Part shown: positions 14,403 to 28,033 of the stretch, piece after piece
How the letters are laid out: each line of letters opens with the position of its first letter
Position numbering within the stretch: the stretch's first letter is position 1
Assembly (NCBI RefSeq): GCF_023055435.1
Contig: NW_025964001.1
Coordinates: forward strand, 24,800,001 to 24,864,000
From: Haliotis rufescens
Lineage: Eukaryota
Length of the DNA stretch: 64,000 nt
Reading direction: 5' to 3'
Notes under the pieces: generated by a model
What the model was told of the DNA's origin: nothing
The model's input: the letters and a program-made list of their open reading frames with translations, nothing else
Database searches by the model: none
Made by a program: the position numbers and the translations under genes

Positions 14403-15931
14403 TGTTACACGTTTCAATATGTAGCATGTTTATTGCAATCTCCACCAAGATAAGTGACTTGTAATATGTTACACGTTTGCCATTTCTAACTTGATTCGTT
14501 ATACCATAGCATGTCGATATCTGTAACATGTTACCGACGTTTTGTGTATCTGTTTGTCTTCGTGTAACCATGCATGTTCCTAACAAATATGGACCGTCCT
14601 CAACGCCATGTCACTAATTGTATTGTAATTACTGATCATGCATCCAATCTTCATTAAAGATGCATTATTGTATTCTGATGGCCAGTATCTCGTTGTGTGT
14701 GGTAATAATCTCCTAACATCCCTCTTCCGTTAATTCCTGACCCGCATTGTGCAGAGCATCTCATGTGCCTCACCATCTCCGCACCCCCGTCGTACCATAC
14801 ACCAATTAAGGGACAACTTTCTGAAAGTTCTAATTACCCAAAGTTGAGTTTGATTGATTTTTTCAACTTTTTGTTGCCTTCTCAAAAAAATGTTCAGAAA
14901 CCAACGCCAAGCGTCTTTGTCCTACGTGACGTCACGTCGCGTGCCATTTTGATATTCCGTTTACTTGTAATGATGCTCTTTCTCCCAGCGATTGAATTGA
15001 ATTGCCACGGCCATCTTTCCTCAATTAGCCTCATTCTTAGAGTCTGAATACAAAAGAGAAGGCGAACACATGGCGTTGTGAGATTTACTAGAGAAACGCT
15101 ATGACTGAAGACATTCAGGTTTGGCGTTTCGTAGCGTACGCCAGAAATATCATTAGACGACGTCTATCCTCTTTCTGCTGTGGACAGAGACGCTGGGGAC
15201 TTCATGCCAGACAGTCTGTCGTTCTCTTATGACTGATCTGACATTTTCTATATGGGAAATACACAGCCAAATATTTCAATAAAACCGGGAGTCGCATATT
15301 GATCTTCCGATGTATTCAAATGGTATTGGGTAACATGATATCGCGAAAAGTAATATTTTTCACGAATGTCTACTGCTTAAAGTATTGTCAATTTCAAAAA
15401 TGAACTGAAATACCAAGAATGCTATAACAGTAGAGCTTTGAAATTGTGGTCTGTGATATATTGTAAGATGTTTTACAACTGACCGATCAAAGCTTTCTTG
15501 TACAAATTATCTCTGTATTTATTTACAGTTGCGTGAATGACAAAGTTTATACCGTACTCGTAAACCTAAGCGGCGTTAATGAAGTATGCTTTATGCTGCA
15601 GTCAGCAATATTTCAGTTATATCAGGGCGGTACGTACATAGACGAATCTGAGACAGGAGGACTCGTGGACGAAGCCACTGGGGGTACGATGACACACAAA
15701 TTAGCCCGTCACATTGTGTAACTGATCCCCTAAGCTGCTCTAGCAATCTTGACGTGGCACGTGAAGATGGGCAACAATAGGACTTCTGTTGGCCCACGTC
15801 TCCCTTAAACTATGACACCACAGAAGAGGAAACCTTCTATGATGTTGTTATGTTTCTGTAATTGTAACTTTCGCCTAACCAACATCACTTCTATAACTTT
15901 AAAGACTGGGTCTGAAATGACGGAAAGTGCA

Positions 15932-15933
<2 letters not shown>

Positions 15934-15989
<56 letters not shown>

Positions 15990-16041
15990 ACAAGCTATGG
16001 TAATCTGATAAAACAGCATATTGAGGACATGTAAGTATCCT

Positions 16042-16108
<67 letters not shown>
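15934..16108. repeat. Two (CT)n microsatellites (15934-15987, 16045-16108)
   Basis: Direct observation. Confidence 0.98.
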
Positions 16109-16113
<5 letters not shown>

Positions 16114-16953
16114 TGCCTGGTATGAAAATAGCCCATATCACATGATATTATGTCAAAAGTAAAAGATAATTTTGTATCGATAGTTCCTAGCCAGACAAGC
16201 TCTCCAGATATATCAGAAATACTGAGAAAACAATGTAAATGTAAAAGCGACAATGATCATAAGAAATATCGTAATGTCATAACGTCAGTAGATTGTTAAA
16301 GGATACGAAATTCAATAAAAAACGTAGATACGTACCGTCTTATCAACGTTGTAAAACATAATCACACTAATGTATAGAAAACAGTATATTTAGTATCGAC
16401 ATAAGCTTTATCCATATGTGCTCAGTTTAAGGTATATGCTATTAGCTTTACTTTAATGCCAAACTTGTTCGCACTGTGAGTGATTTCCAAATATGGCTAT
16501 AATGTGACTTAAGTGCTTACAACCTTTTGGGAATTGGACAGTAAGATAAAATATTCTAAATTTGGTCATACTCTGAATGCAGGTCTAGAATTGATATGTA
16601 TTACATTTGGTTACATTCTCTTGATACCATCTATAATTACGGTTGCCGGTCATTACATTAATGGAGGTTTCAGTGTATCATTAAAGTCATTAAAGTGTGC
16701 ATATATGACGTGATGAAATTACGTTTAGCCTCGTGGTAATTAACAGCCCTTTGCAAGTTGGAGTCAAGACATTCAAACACCACTTTTTTCGTCTCCTAAT
16801 TTCGTGATGCATATTAATCTAGCATCCAATGATGACCCTAATTACATAATAACATCTCAGTTTTACACTATTTACAGCGTCTAGATGTTGACTGGTCATG
16901 TCCTTTAAACATGCGGACATTGGTCCCCTGTTATGTGAGAGGTGAGATGAGGA

Positions 16954-17123
16954 GTGCGTGAGTGAGTGAGTATGGTTTTACGCCGGTTTTAGCAATATTC
17001 CAGCAATATCACGGCGGAGGACACCAGAAATGAGCTTCACACATTGTACCCATGTCGGGAATCGAACCCGGGTCTTCGGCGTGACGAGCGAACGCTTTAA
17101 CCACTAGGCTACCCGACCGCCCC
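16954..17123 (-). mobile_element. tRNA-derived SINE family A (about 165 bp, (ACTC)n tail)
   Basis: Reverse of ggggcggtcgggtagcctagtggttaaagcgttcgctcgtcacgccgaagacccgggttcgattccc...; TSD gtgagat(g/a)agga. Confidence 0.93.
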
Positions 17124-18980
17124 GTGAGATAAGGATGCGTATAGACGGTTAGAGGGGAGAATGGGATGAGTATAGACGGCTAGAGGTGAGAATGGGTTGA
17201 CTATAGACGGTGGGAGGTGAGAATGGGATGAGTATAGACGGCTAGAGTAGAGATTGGGATGAGTATAGATTGCTAGAGGTGAAGATGGGATGGGTATAGA
17301 TGGCTTGAGGTGAGAATTGGATGCGGGAGGTGAGAATGGAATGAGTATAGATGACTAGAGGTGAGAATAGGATGAGTATAGGCGGCGGGAGGTGAGAATG
17401 GGATGAGTATAGGTTGCTAGAGGTGAGAATGGGATGAATATGGACGGCTAGAGGTGAGAATTGGATTAGTATAGATTGCTTGAGGTGAGATTGGAATGAG
17501 TATAGGCGGCTAGAGGTGAGAATGGGGTGAGTGTAGGCGACTAGAGATGAGAATAGGATGAGTATAGACGGCGGGATGAGAGAATATGATGAATATAAAC
17601 GGCTAGAGTAGAGATTGGGATGAGTATAGATGGCTAGAGGTGAGAATGGGATGAGTATAGATTGCTAGAGGTGAAGATGGGATGGGTATAGATGGCTTGA
17701 GGTGAGAATTGGATGGGTATAGATGGCGGGAGGAGAGAATGGGATGAATATAAACGGTTAGAGGTAAGAATGGTATGAATATAGACGGCTAGAGGTGAGA
17801 ATGGGATGAGAATAGACGGCGGGAGGAGAGAATGGGATGAATATAAACGGTTAGAGGTAAGAATGGTATGAATATAGACGGCTAGAGGTGAGATTGGGAT
17901 GAGTTTTGACGGCTAGAGTAGAGATTGGGATGAGTATAGATTGCTAGAGGTGAAGATGGGATGGGTATAGATGGCTTTAGGTGGGAATTGGATGGGTATA
18001 GATGGCTTGAGGTGAAACTTGGATGCGGGAGGTGAGAATGAAATGAGTATAGATGACTAGAGGTGAGAATGGGATGAGTATAGACGGCTAAAGGTGAGAA
18101 TTGGATGAGTATAGACGGCTAGAGGTGAGAATGGGGATGAGTATAGACGGCTAGAGGTTAGAATGGGATGAGTGTAGGCGACTAGAGGTTAGAATGGGAT
18201 GAGTGTAGACGGCTAGAGGTGAGAATGGGATGAGTGTAGACGCTAGAGGTTAGAATGGGATGAGTGTAGGCGGCTAGAGGTTAGAATGGGATGAGTGTAG
18301 ACGGCTAGAGGTTAGAATGGGATGAGTGTAGGCGGCTAGAGGTTAGAATGGGATGAGTATAGATGGCTAGAGGTGAGAATGGGATGAGTATAGACGGCGG
18401 GAGGTGAGAATGGGATGAGTATAGGCGGCTAGAGGTTAGAATGGGATGAGTGTAGACGGCTAGAGGTGAGAATGGGATGAGTATAGACGGCGGGAGGTGA
18501 GAATGGGATGAGTATAGACGGCTAGAGGTTAGAATGGGATGAGTGTAGGCGGCTAGAGGTGAGAATGGGATGAGTATAGACGGCTAGAGGTGAGAATCGG
18601 ATGAGTATAGACGGCTAGAGGTTAGAATGGGATGAGTGTAGGCGGCTAGAGGTTAGAATGGGATGAGTGTAGACGGCTAGAGGTGAGAATGGGATGAGTG
18701 TAGACGCTAGGGGTTAGAATGGGATGAGTGTAGGCGGCTAGAGGTTAGAATGGGATGAGTGTAGACGGCTAGAGGTGAGAATGGGATGAGTGTAGGCGGC
18801 TAGAGGTTAGAATGGGATGAGTATAGATGACTAGAGGTGAGAATGGGATGAGTGAAGGCGGCTAGAGGTTGGAATGGGATGTGTATAGACGGCTAGAGGT
18901 TGGAATGGGATGAGTGTAGGCGGCTAGAGGTGAGAATGGGATGAGTGTAGGCGGCTAGAGGTGAGAATGGGATGAGTGTA
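17124..18980. repeat. Purine-rich minisatellite, 31-bp unit, about 60 copies
   Basis: gaggtgagaatgggatgagtatagacggcta and variants. Confidence 0.97.
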
Positions 18981-21409
18981 TTCTGTAGGCGGCTTCTGAG
19001 ACATCAAATGCTTTGGGAATGTTAGCGTACAGAAAGATGAATGATCATGTCATTGCTAAAGAATTACAAAACAGCGTAAAAACCAACTCACTCATATACT
19101 ATAAATGAGCAACTCACTCACACACTCACCTATTATAACAATGCACTTTTCCGGGGCGATGCAGGGGCAGAACATTTCAAAAGTAAGTGTGTACTGTCTT
19201 GTCGTCCAACTCACTCACTCACTCTCATATGTGTTCTACCCTTGTGTTCTACCCTTGCCGCCACATAGATGGAATATTGATGAGTGCGGCGTTGAACAAA
19301 AAACATATGAAATGTACCTGTGAACTGTCGTCCTACTCACTCACCCAAACGCCCACCCCACCCCCTACCCACCCACTCACTCACTCACACATAACAATGT
19401 ACTTATCCATCACGATGCAGAACAAATGTGAAGTACGCGTGCACTCTCTTGTCGTCATTCTTGTTTCATTTGCGTTTGCAAATATCTTTCTTCTGTGCTC
19501 GCGCTGGTCGAAGCGCATTAATGTCCCTGTCCATGACGAAGGAAAGCTTCTTTCACGACACAAACACGGAACTTAAGATAAAATCTTCTAAACTGAAAAA
19601 GACTTTCGTTCATAACTGAGAGAACATCTCGCAACAAAACAGCATCGATCTGGACTTTGTCTTCGAACAAACTGCGTTAGACATTGTTTACTTCTGACAT
19701 ATATTTGAACAAACATGACACTTATTTCAACGTTACAACCATACAGAAATGGCTGATTCCTCAAAGCATGTTACCCCATTTTTGTTTCTGTGAAATGTTA
19801 AGATTTTTGCAGTACAATCGATATTCCATTTTAAAGTCTTTACCATCATTAGAAATTATTTTTCATATTATATAACTTACATGTATATGCAAGTTCATGG
19901 TGTACCAGAAGGACTGTACCGTATGTTGCATTGCTTGTACAAGAAACAGGATTGTCAAAACATGTACAAGTATGCTCTGGATGCATGTTGGCTGAATATG
20001 CGATGTTATTTCACATCGCTTCTTCTTATCATCGCATATCATCATCGCTACTGTAATGCGCAAAGGTGACCTCTATGCATATGTCAAAACAGTATCCACA
20101 AAAGTGTATGACTGGAGGGATGACATCAAATTCCAAACAACCCTTCATGCCATGCAATTAATATTCCAGCAGATGCAACTGTTGAGGTACAATTAAGCAT
20201 GCTCTTTCTACGAAGATTTCAAAGAGCGTTATAAGTCTCAAAAGTTGTTGGATCAGGGTTACGACATTCAAGGTCTCAGCTTGGGAAGGTTTCAAAAATA
20301 AAATATTTTGTGGAAACAAGCAAGTATGTAATTTCCTTTATCGAACAAATGACTATTTTCAGCGGCCTTAAACAAAACTACATTTAACTATCTTTCTTTA
20401 TCTATTCTTGTGGATATTGTGATTAAAATCATGAAAAACTGTTACTTAGTCAACGGGTGAATGGAAAACCAAAAGGTCCCACAAAGAACTATAAATATTA
20501 CCGAGGCAGATTGAGTGTCAGTGTTATTAAAAAGTAGTTATTGTTTTGGGGGGTTTCAGAAATACATTTGTTGTTCTTAACCAGCATGCGCACATACGCA
20601 CGCGCGTACAGTCATACTTACGTATATTATTAGTCGAATATCTAGACGTTTGTGAGAGACACTGTAAAGCGCATTGTGCTCTTTTAAAACGGACATTGAG
20701 TTCAGGAATGTAGGACATCAAGCACTAACATATACCCAGACATAAATAGGAAATTGAAATCTAATCCTAGAAAATGATTGTCAGGAATGATTGTTCATGG
20801 ACAATGAGCACTAGTTAGCACAGTCCAGGGACATTGCAAACGAGGATGTCGTGTACCTGGAGTCGTGTACCTTGTCCCTCAGACTTGGAACATAATATAC
20901 TGGCAACTACAATGCCGGTAATTAATTATAACGTAGTTTTAAGCTAATTAAAAGTTTATCTTGAATGAAGCAGGGTCCATCATGCTTGTCAGGGTTTTTT
21001 AAGTAAGAAAAGGATTGTGTGGTCGCACTGGGTGCTGTGAGTGGACACTTCCTGCAGGACTAACTTTGGCCTAACTAAGAGTGGTCATCGTATCACGATG
21101 ACAAGAGTTGTTACTGATACCATGGGTTCAAACTGCGCCCCACTGTGTTGCAAAACGAAAATATTTCTGAACGTTTTTCGTTACTTATAAGCAGCAAAAT
21201 ATCTGTACTTGTACATAGCAGACGTAATTCATAATTAACATACCGTTTATATTAGTTTCAACAAAACCAGTTATGGTACTCTAGTGTCTCTGGATTTTCT
21301 AGTCCATCGATCACTTGATTATCTGGTTTGTTTACAGGGTGACGTCGCATGGCAGGAGTACTGCTTTGCTGCGTCAGGCAATAAATACTTCCTTTTTATG
21401 CAAAATGTA

Positions 21410-21592
21410 TGAATGACGGGTGCTGCCGGTAGGGCAGGACATGAGTACCCTTTTCGTAAACACCTTGTGTCATCACTGAATTTCAGTGGTTAATTCATAT
21501 AATTTCCACTTATTTGCCCTTTATGCCAAGTGGAACCTGTTTGGGCAGAAACTCTAGGCTGGTTATTCTCTTGTATTGACAATTTATATTCT
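21410..21592 (+). repeat. Dispersed repeat fragment, paralog of 7710-7895
   Basis: See the 7710-7895 copy. Confidence 0.75.
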
Positions 21593-23764
21593 ATGGTACA
21601 GGAGTAGCTGGATGGCTCGACCCTAGAGTAGCTTTACCCCTGTTGAATATGTAGGCACTGGGTGATGATTTGGGGTTGAAGCCCGTAACAGCAGGTGTTA
21701 TACGTCTGCCACGTTTACCAAGGGTATGGTGCTGAAAGATTAGGGATTAGAAACCTAGCGAATTTTGGATTAAAACCCGTTATCATTTGATCCTTGTATT
21801 CAAAGGGACGCAACTCTTAACAGCGCATTCATTTGCCTTGCGCGATAGGGACAACGCCGAAGGCACTGAGCATGTTTGTACATCCCATCATTTCCCGAAA
21901 CATATCGTCGTGTCGGCTTTGTTGTCTGGATTTTTCACAGACAACAAAGGTTTCTCTCGAGTATGTTAAAGAAACGACTATATATTTTTTTCGTTATTTA
22001 TTGCATAAAGATATCAATCCTTTGATGCTTTGAAGTTATGTAAGACCTCCTGGCGACAAACGTCTTTGGCAGTTTGAACACATGTGTTCAGAGAATAAGT
22101 TACAGTTAATATGATGCCGTCTTCGCAGATAGAGCTGTCTGGTGTAATATCTGCCCCCATGCTGTAACTGGTCGTGTTGATTACCTGTGTACAGGGTTCT
22201 GAGATCCTTTCAGTTTAAAAAATAAAAGGTTTTTTTTTATTATCCAGGTCCCTTTCGTATGTCAAGGAAATATTTAATTGTTCTTTATTTTGAATATAAT
22301 ATGGAAATATATTATGTATTTTAACTCCAATTTACTTACTTCCTAATTATTTAACCACTTTTAACCGCGTGAAATGCATAGAAAGTACTTTTCGTAAATC
22401 AACCTGCGTTTTTGTAATTGTTCTTTTATCTGAATATTAAGAACTATGATTTCAGCTCCGACATAGTTATTAATTCATTAAACGCCTTGGAGAAACCCCG
22501 ACAGATTAAATCCATTTCGTAATTTATTAACAGTTGTGAGTAGGAAAATGATTCTGAGTTTTATCTTACAAATACATATTTAAAAAGGAAATAGATTAAT
22601 AATGGTTAAAATCAATAAATCATGTCTCGTAATATCAGAGGCAGCATACATGTATCGTATAACATGTGCTTCTGCAAGGATTAATTCAAAATCGAACCAT
22701 GCTTCTAACTTTTATATCTTCCTATTCCTATTACACGTAATACCATTAGCAAGAAAAACAGGAGTGATGGCGCTACCAACAACGAACTATCAACAAAGAC
22801 CTTGCAAACAAGTCTATCACGCGATACTCTCACAAATTAAAGAAGATGTCTATTTTTGAAGCCCACCATAATTCAATTCTGGGATAATCTCCTGGCTGAC
22901 AATGGCCAGGGGACGGACCACTGGTTAAAAATTCAATTGACTTTGAGATTGATAGTGTTTAATTATCTCTGTCTCAGTACCGGACCTTCCATTGTAGAGC
23001 TTCTCACACGTTCGATGGCGCCGTTCACACCGGAAGATGTTTGTTTGATGTGACGCGTGACACCGGTGCCTCGCTTTCAGGAATCATTCACAGACGGGTG
23101 ACCATTCCTTGGAGTCAAAGGGCTGTGATTTGGCGCGGAGGCGTCGTCCCACTGTTACTTTGGTTCTCAATTACCGTGGTTACGTAGATGAACTTTCAGC
23201 TATTTTTTTTGTCTTGTAACACTTGTGATGCACGAGTATCGTAATGATCTAACGGTCAAATACTACCTTATCAATGAACCGTGACACGCTACTCTTTGGA
23301 GTGTCAAATGCGATCTTAGTTTAATGGGTAGCTTAAGGCCACAGCGCCTGGCGTCTTTGTATTATCCACTTGATTCTAAAATCGAATTAAAAATCCATGC
23401 GAAGCAATGATATTCAAAGATTTCACTCAATCTGGAGCATTGTTGACGTAACGCAGATATTTTTTTATTTGAGTAAGACTGACATTATTGTCGTCTTCAG
23501 GCTGACATTATTGTTGTTGTAATATTGACGCAATTAGTAATAATTTTTTCAGCCCATTTGAAGTACACCCGTTACTGATTTCACTTATTCAATATTGTTG
23601 ACGACATGTCGACACTTCTGCTGACGTCATGCGTAATATCAAGTACGTCATCATTATTGACGACATGTTGATACTGTAATTTCGACACTGTTTCAATGTA
23701 GAGGACTCTATAACTTATAGCATTGCTTGTGATTAGTAAAGAGTGATATGTATAAATATAATTA

Positions 23765-24073
23765 GGTGAGGTGAAATTGGGTTTAACGTCGCGTCCAAGA
23801 TTATTGCACTTATATAGCGACGTGCATGCACGTGTGTGTGTGGCTGCTTGTACTAGTCCGGACTGCCGCAGTTTAACATGAATACCCCACTCAGACACAG
23901 TATACTGACTCCGAGCCGACCAGTCCTTGTTTTAGCCCCTTAATGCCGAGCGCCAGACAGGGTAACAATAGGTACCATCTTTTAACGTCTTTTGGTATGA
24001 CGCGGCCGGGAATCGAACCCCGGACCTTCAGCTCTCCGGGCGAACGTTCTACCACTAGACCACGGAGGCGGTT
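23765..24073 (-). mobile_element. tRNA-derived SINE family D (Meta/MESC-type central domain), (CACCT)n tail
   Basis: A-box TGGTCTAGTGG, B-box GGTTCGATTCC, central aagatggtac.t.ttgttaccctgtctggcgctcggcattaagggg; 14-bp TSD tataaatataatta. Confidence 0.92.
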
Positions 24074-24789
24074 TATAAATATAATTAAACGAAACGAGTC
24101 TATATGTGCTTGATGCTAGGAAAACATTGTACACGAGGAACACATACATGTTTCATGCGTTTAAAAAAAGAATTTGAGCTTGATTTGGGAAGATATCACA
24201 AGGTAATGCAGGTTGTTGGTGGTAACTATATTGTGCTAACAGATTATTGATAAAAAGGGTTATTTTATTAATCCCGGTTCGAGTCTTTGAGAATATTCAA
24301 CATCTTGTAATACCACTTCAAGCAAACATACTTTATAATATCAAAATACAAATGAAATTTACTCATGTAAAACGATTGCCTCATTGTCTTGTGATGAGCT
24401 GTTAAAGGCGAGATTGAGAGTGTATGTACTACATGTGCTTCAAACAGTGATGAGCCAGTACGCTTTTATGACCCGTGAAGATCCCGTGTAGAATAGGTCC
24501 TCAGCAACCCATGCTTGTCGTAAAGGGCGACTATGTTTGATGCATGCCATCGTATCCCAATTGCGTAGATCGATTGCTCGATATCAATCACTGGATTGTC
24601 ACCGTGGGCGACAAGAAGATCGGGGTTCATACATTGTACTCACATGGGAGGCCTATCGCTAGGTTTATTGGAGGAACAGTGTAGTGCTCAGGTCGCTAAG
24701 TGCAAGTAATCCAAAAACTTGATACGTTGAATGACATGTCGACAGTATTTAGTTTTATTGTAGAAATCTGCTCTTGTTTTACATCATCA

Positions 24790-26065
24790 TGATCCCCGGA
24801 GATAATATTTAAATACTATTAGGTACATCAAGGAAATTCATTTTTGTATTCAGAACTACCCATAACACAAATTGCACAATCTAGTGCAATGTTAATTTTT
24901 TTATAGTTTGCTGATAGGAGCTTCGTGACTTGGATTCCACAGATATGGCATACAGCAGGGATGTCCCGGGTGCAATTCTTATTACTTTTGTACATATCTT
25001 TCGCCAGAAAGCATGTTATCAACTCGGGGTGTGGTAATCAGCCCTTAAAACTCAAATTCGATAAACACAATAAACATAAACATGAAGCTTCCTCAAGCAA
25101 TTCCCAAACACGATTAACTTCCTCGAGTTTCCCGCGTTGTGATAACTTCGTGCGCCGGTGGAGTATGAATCGATTCCTACGCGCAAGGGAGACAACTCTC
25201 TTCAAAACACGTGATGCATATTCCAGCGCGTACCAATCCTGCCATGTATATTGACCCAGCATGTTCTATGTGTTTATAGAAGATAATCGTCCCTCCATTT
25301 ACTTCTGAAAACAAATACACATTACAGAGGCAATAACACTTCCGGATTCCAGTCTAACAAGCCTTTATTGGTTTTCAGGAATCTGATAGTGGACTGATAT
25401 TGCTGGTGATCGTGACTGAAACCTTGGAATCTGCCACGGAGTGTTTGTCCATGGTCCTGGGTCTATATTGGTTTTAATAACATGAAGTGTAGGAAGGAAC
25501 GGAGTTTGCTATTACAAACCCGCCTACCTCCAATATCCTATGTCCCTGCACAATTTCCTACAAATAACTATTTTCTCTCTGGCGTTGCTATTGATGTTGG
25601 AAATGGTCTGAGTATTCTGTGGGTAACTTGGATCAAGTTATGTAGTTTTTGTATGTTATTAGGTTGGATTATTAAATTCTTTTTGTACTGTTTTCGTCCC
25701 AAAAAGTATTTGACGTTTATCTCTAAATCCTTTTTAAAATAGGGACCGACATACAGGGATCTTCCTCGTAGAACATTGCTTATGTTTTAAACCTGCATTC
25801 ATTTTAGTTCATTGAAAGCAGCTGGGAAGTTTGTTTTTGGCTGACCTTTTTTAATTGTGAGAGGATTAAGGATGTGGGGTTTGAGGATGGGAGTGGAGGG
25901 TTGGTATGGTGGGGGCTGGGAATTGGGATTATTTTTTTTCGGTCACAGCTAGATTTCTTTCGAAATAGATTTTGATATTTTTTAAGCATGCCCGGTGAAC
26001 AATTTGGAAGTGTAAAACGAGGATGGTTGTTCCAATGGGTTAGATGTAAGGCTCTTCTTTTCATT
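24790..26065 (-). mobile_element. Possible decayed L1/Tx1-like LINE ORF2 3' fragment
   Basis: Broken minus-strand frames give HWNNHPRF, then FILHRR, then C-LLC-(x9)-H-(x5)-C across a stop, in the order expected for the L1/Tx1 C-terminal region; highly degenerate. Confidence 0.35.
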
Positions 26066-26151
26066 CACCACTTAAAATATTCTGAAGTAAACGAGAAGTA
26101 TTCGAGTCCATAAATGATATTGTAAAGGAAAATCGAGATCAGATTATATGC

Positions 26152-26443
26152 ACGCGTCCAAGATTATTGCACTTACATAGCGACGTGCATGTACGTGTGT
26201 GTGTTTGTGTGGCTGCTTGTACTAGTCCGGACTGATGCCGATTTATAGTGCTAGCTCACTGCGATACCATGCCGCAGTTTAACATAAATACCCCGCTCAG
26301 ACACAGTATACTGACCCCCTTATGCCGAGCGCCAGACAGGGTAACAACAAGTTAAACGTCTTTTGGTATGACGCGGTCGGGGATCGAACCCCGGACCTTC
26401 CCCTATCCGGGCGGACGCTCTACCACTAGACCACGGAGGCGGT
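26152..26443 (-). mobile_element. SINE family D copy lacking its 3' tail
   Basis: Matches the 23765 copy; flanked by attatatgc direct repeats. Confidence 0.9.
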
Positions 26444-26754
26444 ATTATATGCTCTGAACGTATATGGAAGTACCAACGATTCTAGCGTAATTTGATGAAT
26501 CTCCATCCTTAAAGTGAGTGCGTGGAAGGTTGTTTTTGGCGCCAGTAAGCAATATTTCAGCACTAGCATGGAGGTGTGTAAAATAAACGGATCTGAAACC
26601 ACCGAAGCCGTTGTTGGCAGCATGAGAAACGGCCCAGGCCATCGGGGCGGGATGACACAAAACCAGTCTGTAAATCAGCGGCTTGTAAGAAATGGACAGA
26701 CGAACAAAAGGTTGATGATGACAGTGGCACGATGACGTACCGTGTCACATGTAG

Positions 26755-27660
26755 TAAATATAAGCGACAAACATTGTTTCCATATTCAGGAACATTTTAT
26801 TTACGATTTCGACTATAACATGTGCTTAGGAATGAATCACAATGAAATAGTGATGACACAGGTGTTCGCCAAAAGCTGAGGGTATCCTCCTCTGCCAGTG
26901 GCACCCATCACAAACACATGCAAAGGTAAGTCAAGTGTTCACCTAAACAAACACGGGAACATGTACCAGTCAAAATAGGGATTTGCATCGGAAATCAATT
27001 TGCCTCGAATTGAAAATGTCCCACACGTGTGTACCATAAAACGTTTCGGAAATTTTAATAAGGTCTTTAAATGCTCCTTGAAATCATCATAGAAAGAGCA
27101 TGCTCGATTGTTCCTCAAATGTTGTGAAATATTGGAATGTTGCTGGAATATTGCTTGGCATAATGGGTAAGTTGAAGTCATTCCTCCTGTCATAGATCTA
27201 AATATGAAACGGTTTAACTGGTTTAAGTGGTTTATTTTGTTTCTGGTTGAGGTGCCTACATCAGTGGAGTGAGTGCGTGAGTATGGTTTTACGCCGCGTT
27301 TAGCAATATTCCAGCAATATCAGGGCGGGGGACACCAGAAATGGGCTTCACACATTGTACCCATGTCGGGAATCGAACCCGGGTCTTCGGCGTGACAAGC
27401 GAACGCTTTAACCACTGGGCTACCAGACCGCCCCAACATCAGTGGAAGGGAGTTATCTCTTTGGTTATTATTGAACGGTATCAGATCATCGATACACCCG
27501 AAGCTAAGTTAAACTTCTTGGTCATGTTTTCGGCCATTTCATAGGCACAAAGCACCAGATCAGCAAGGACACAAGCACAACTGGTGCCTATGGGGATGAC
27601 TACTTCTTGCCTCAATGTCCTATCCCTAAAGTTCACAAACTAAACCGCCGGGCAAAAGGA
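26755..27660 (+). repeat. Copy of the old duplicated segment, interrupted by SINE A
   Basis: Collinear with 2240-2830 and 38935-39580. Confidence 0.7.
27269..27434 (-). mobile_element. SINE family A
   Basis: Full length, 11-bp TSD acatcagtgga. Confidence 0.93.
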
Positions 27661-27704
27661 AGAATATCCCTGGTTTTATTAACAATATATGTGTAACGTA
27701 TCCT

Positions 27705-27900
27705 GTAAAGATCACCAACCCATCCTTGACTTAAGAGGCGACTGACGGGATCGGATGTTTGAGCTCGCTGACTTAGTTGAGGCATGTCATCGTATCCCAA
27801 TTGAGATGTCCATGATGTCAGTCACTGGATTGTCTGGTCCAGATTTATAGCCATATAGCTGGAATATTGCTGCGTGCGGCGATAAACAACAAGCTAAACA
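27705..27900 (+). mobile_element. SINE-like family C (degenerate)
   Basis: taagaggcgactgacgggatcgg...ggattgtctggtccag...gctggaatattgctg. Confidence 0.8.
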
Positions 27901-27960
27901 AGCGTAATGTGTGAGACCCGTTCTTAGAGTTTCTCGCTTGAGTATTGTTAAACCATTATT

Positions 27961-28033
27961 TACTCACTCACTCACTCACTCACTCACTCACTCACTCACT
28001 CACTCACTCACTCACTCACTCACTCACTCACTC
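27961..28033. repeat. (ACTC)n microsatellite
   Basis: About 18 perfect units; same motif as the SINE A/B tails. Confidence 0.97.

Noticed and set aside
15805-16253. ER/SL-repeat ORFs (also 31230-31538)
   Set aside because: Translations of (CT)n microsatellites
26514-26735. Acceptor plus ATG short ORF as a paralogous SLCO first exon
   Set aside because: No OATP residues recognisable and no downstream exons
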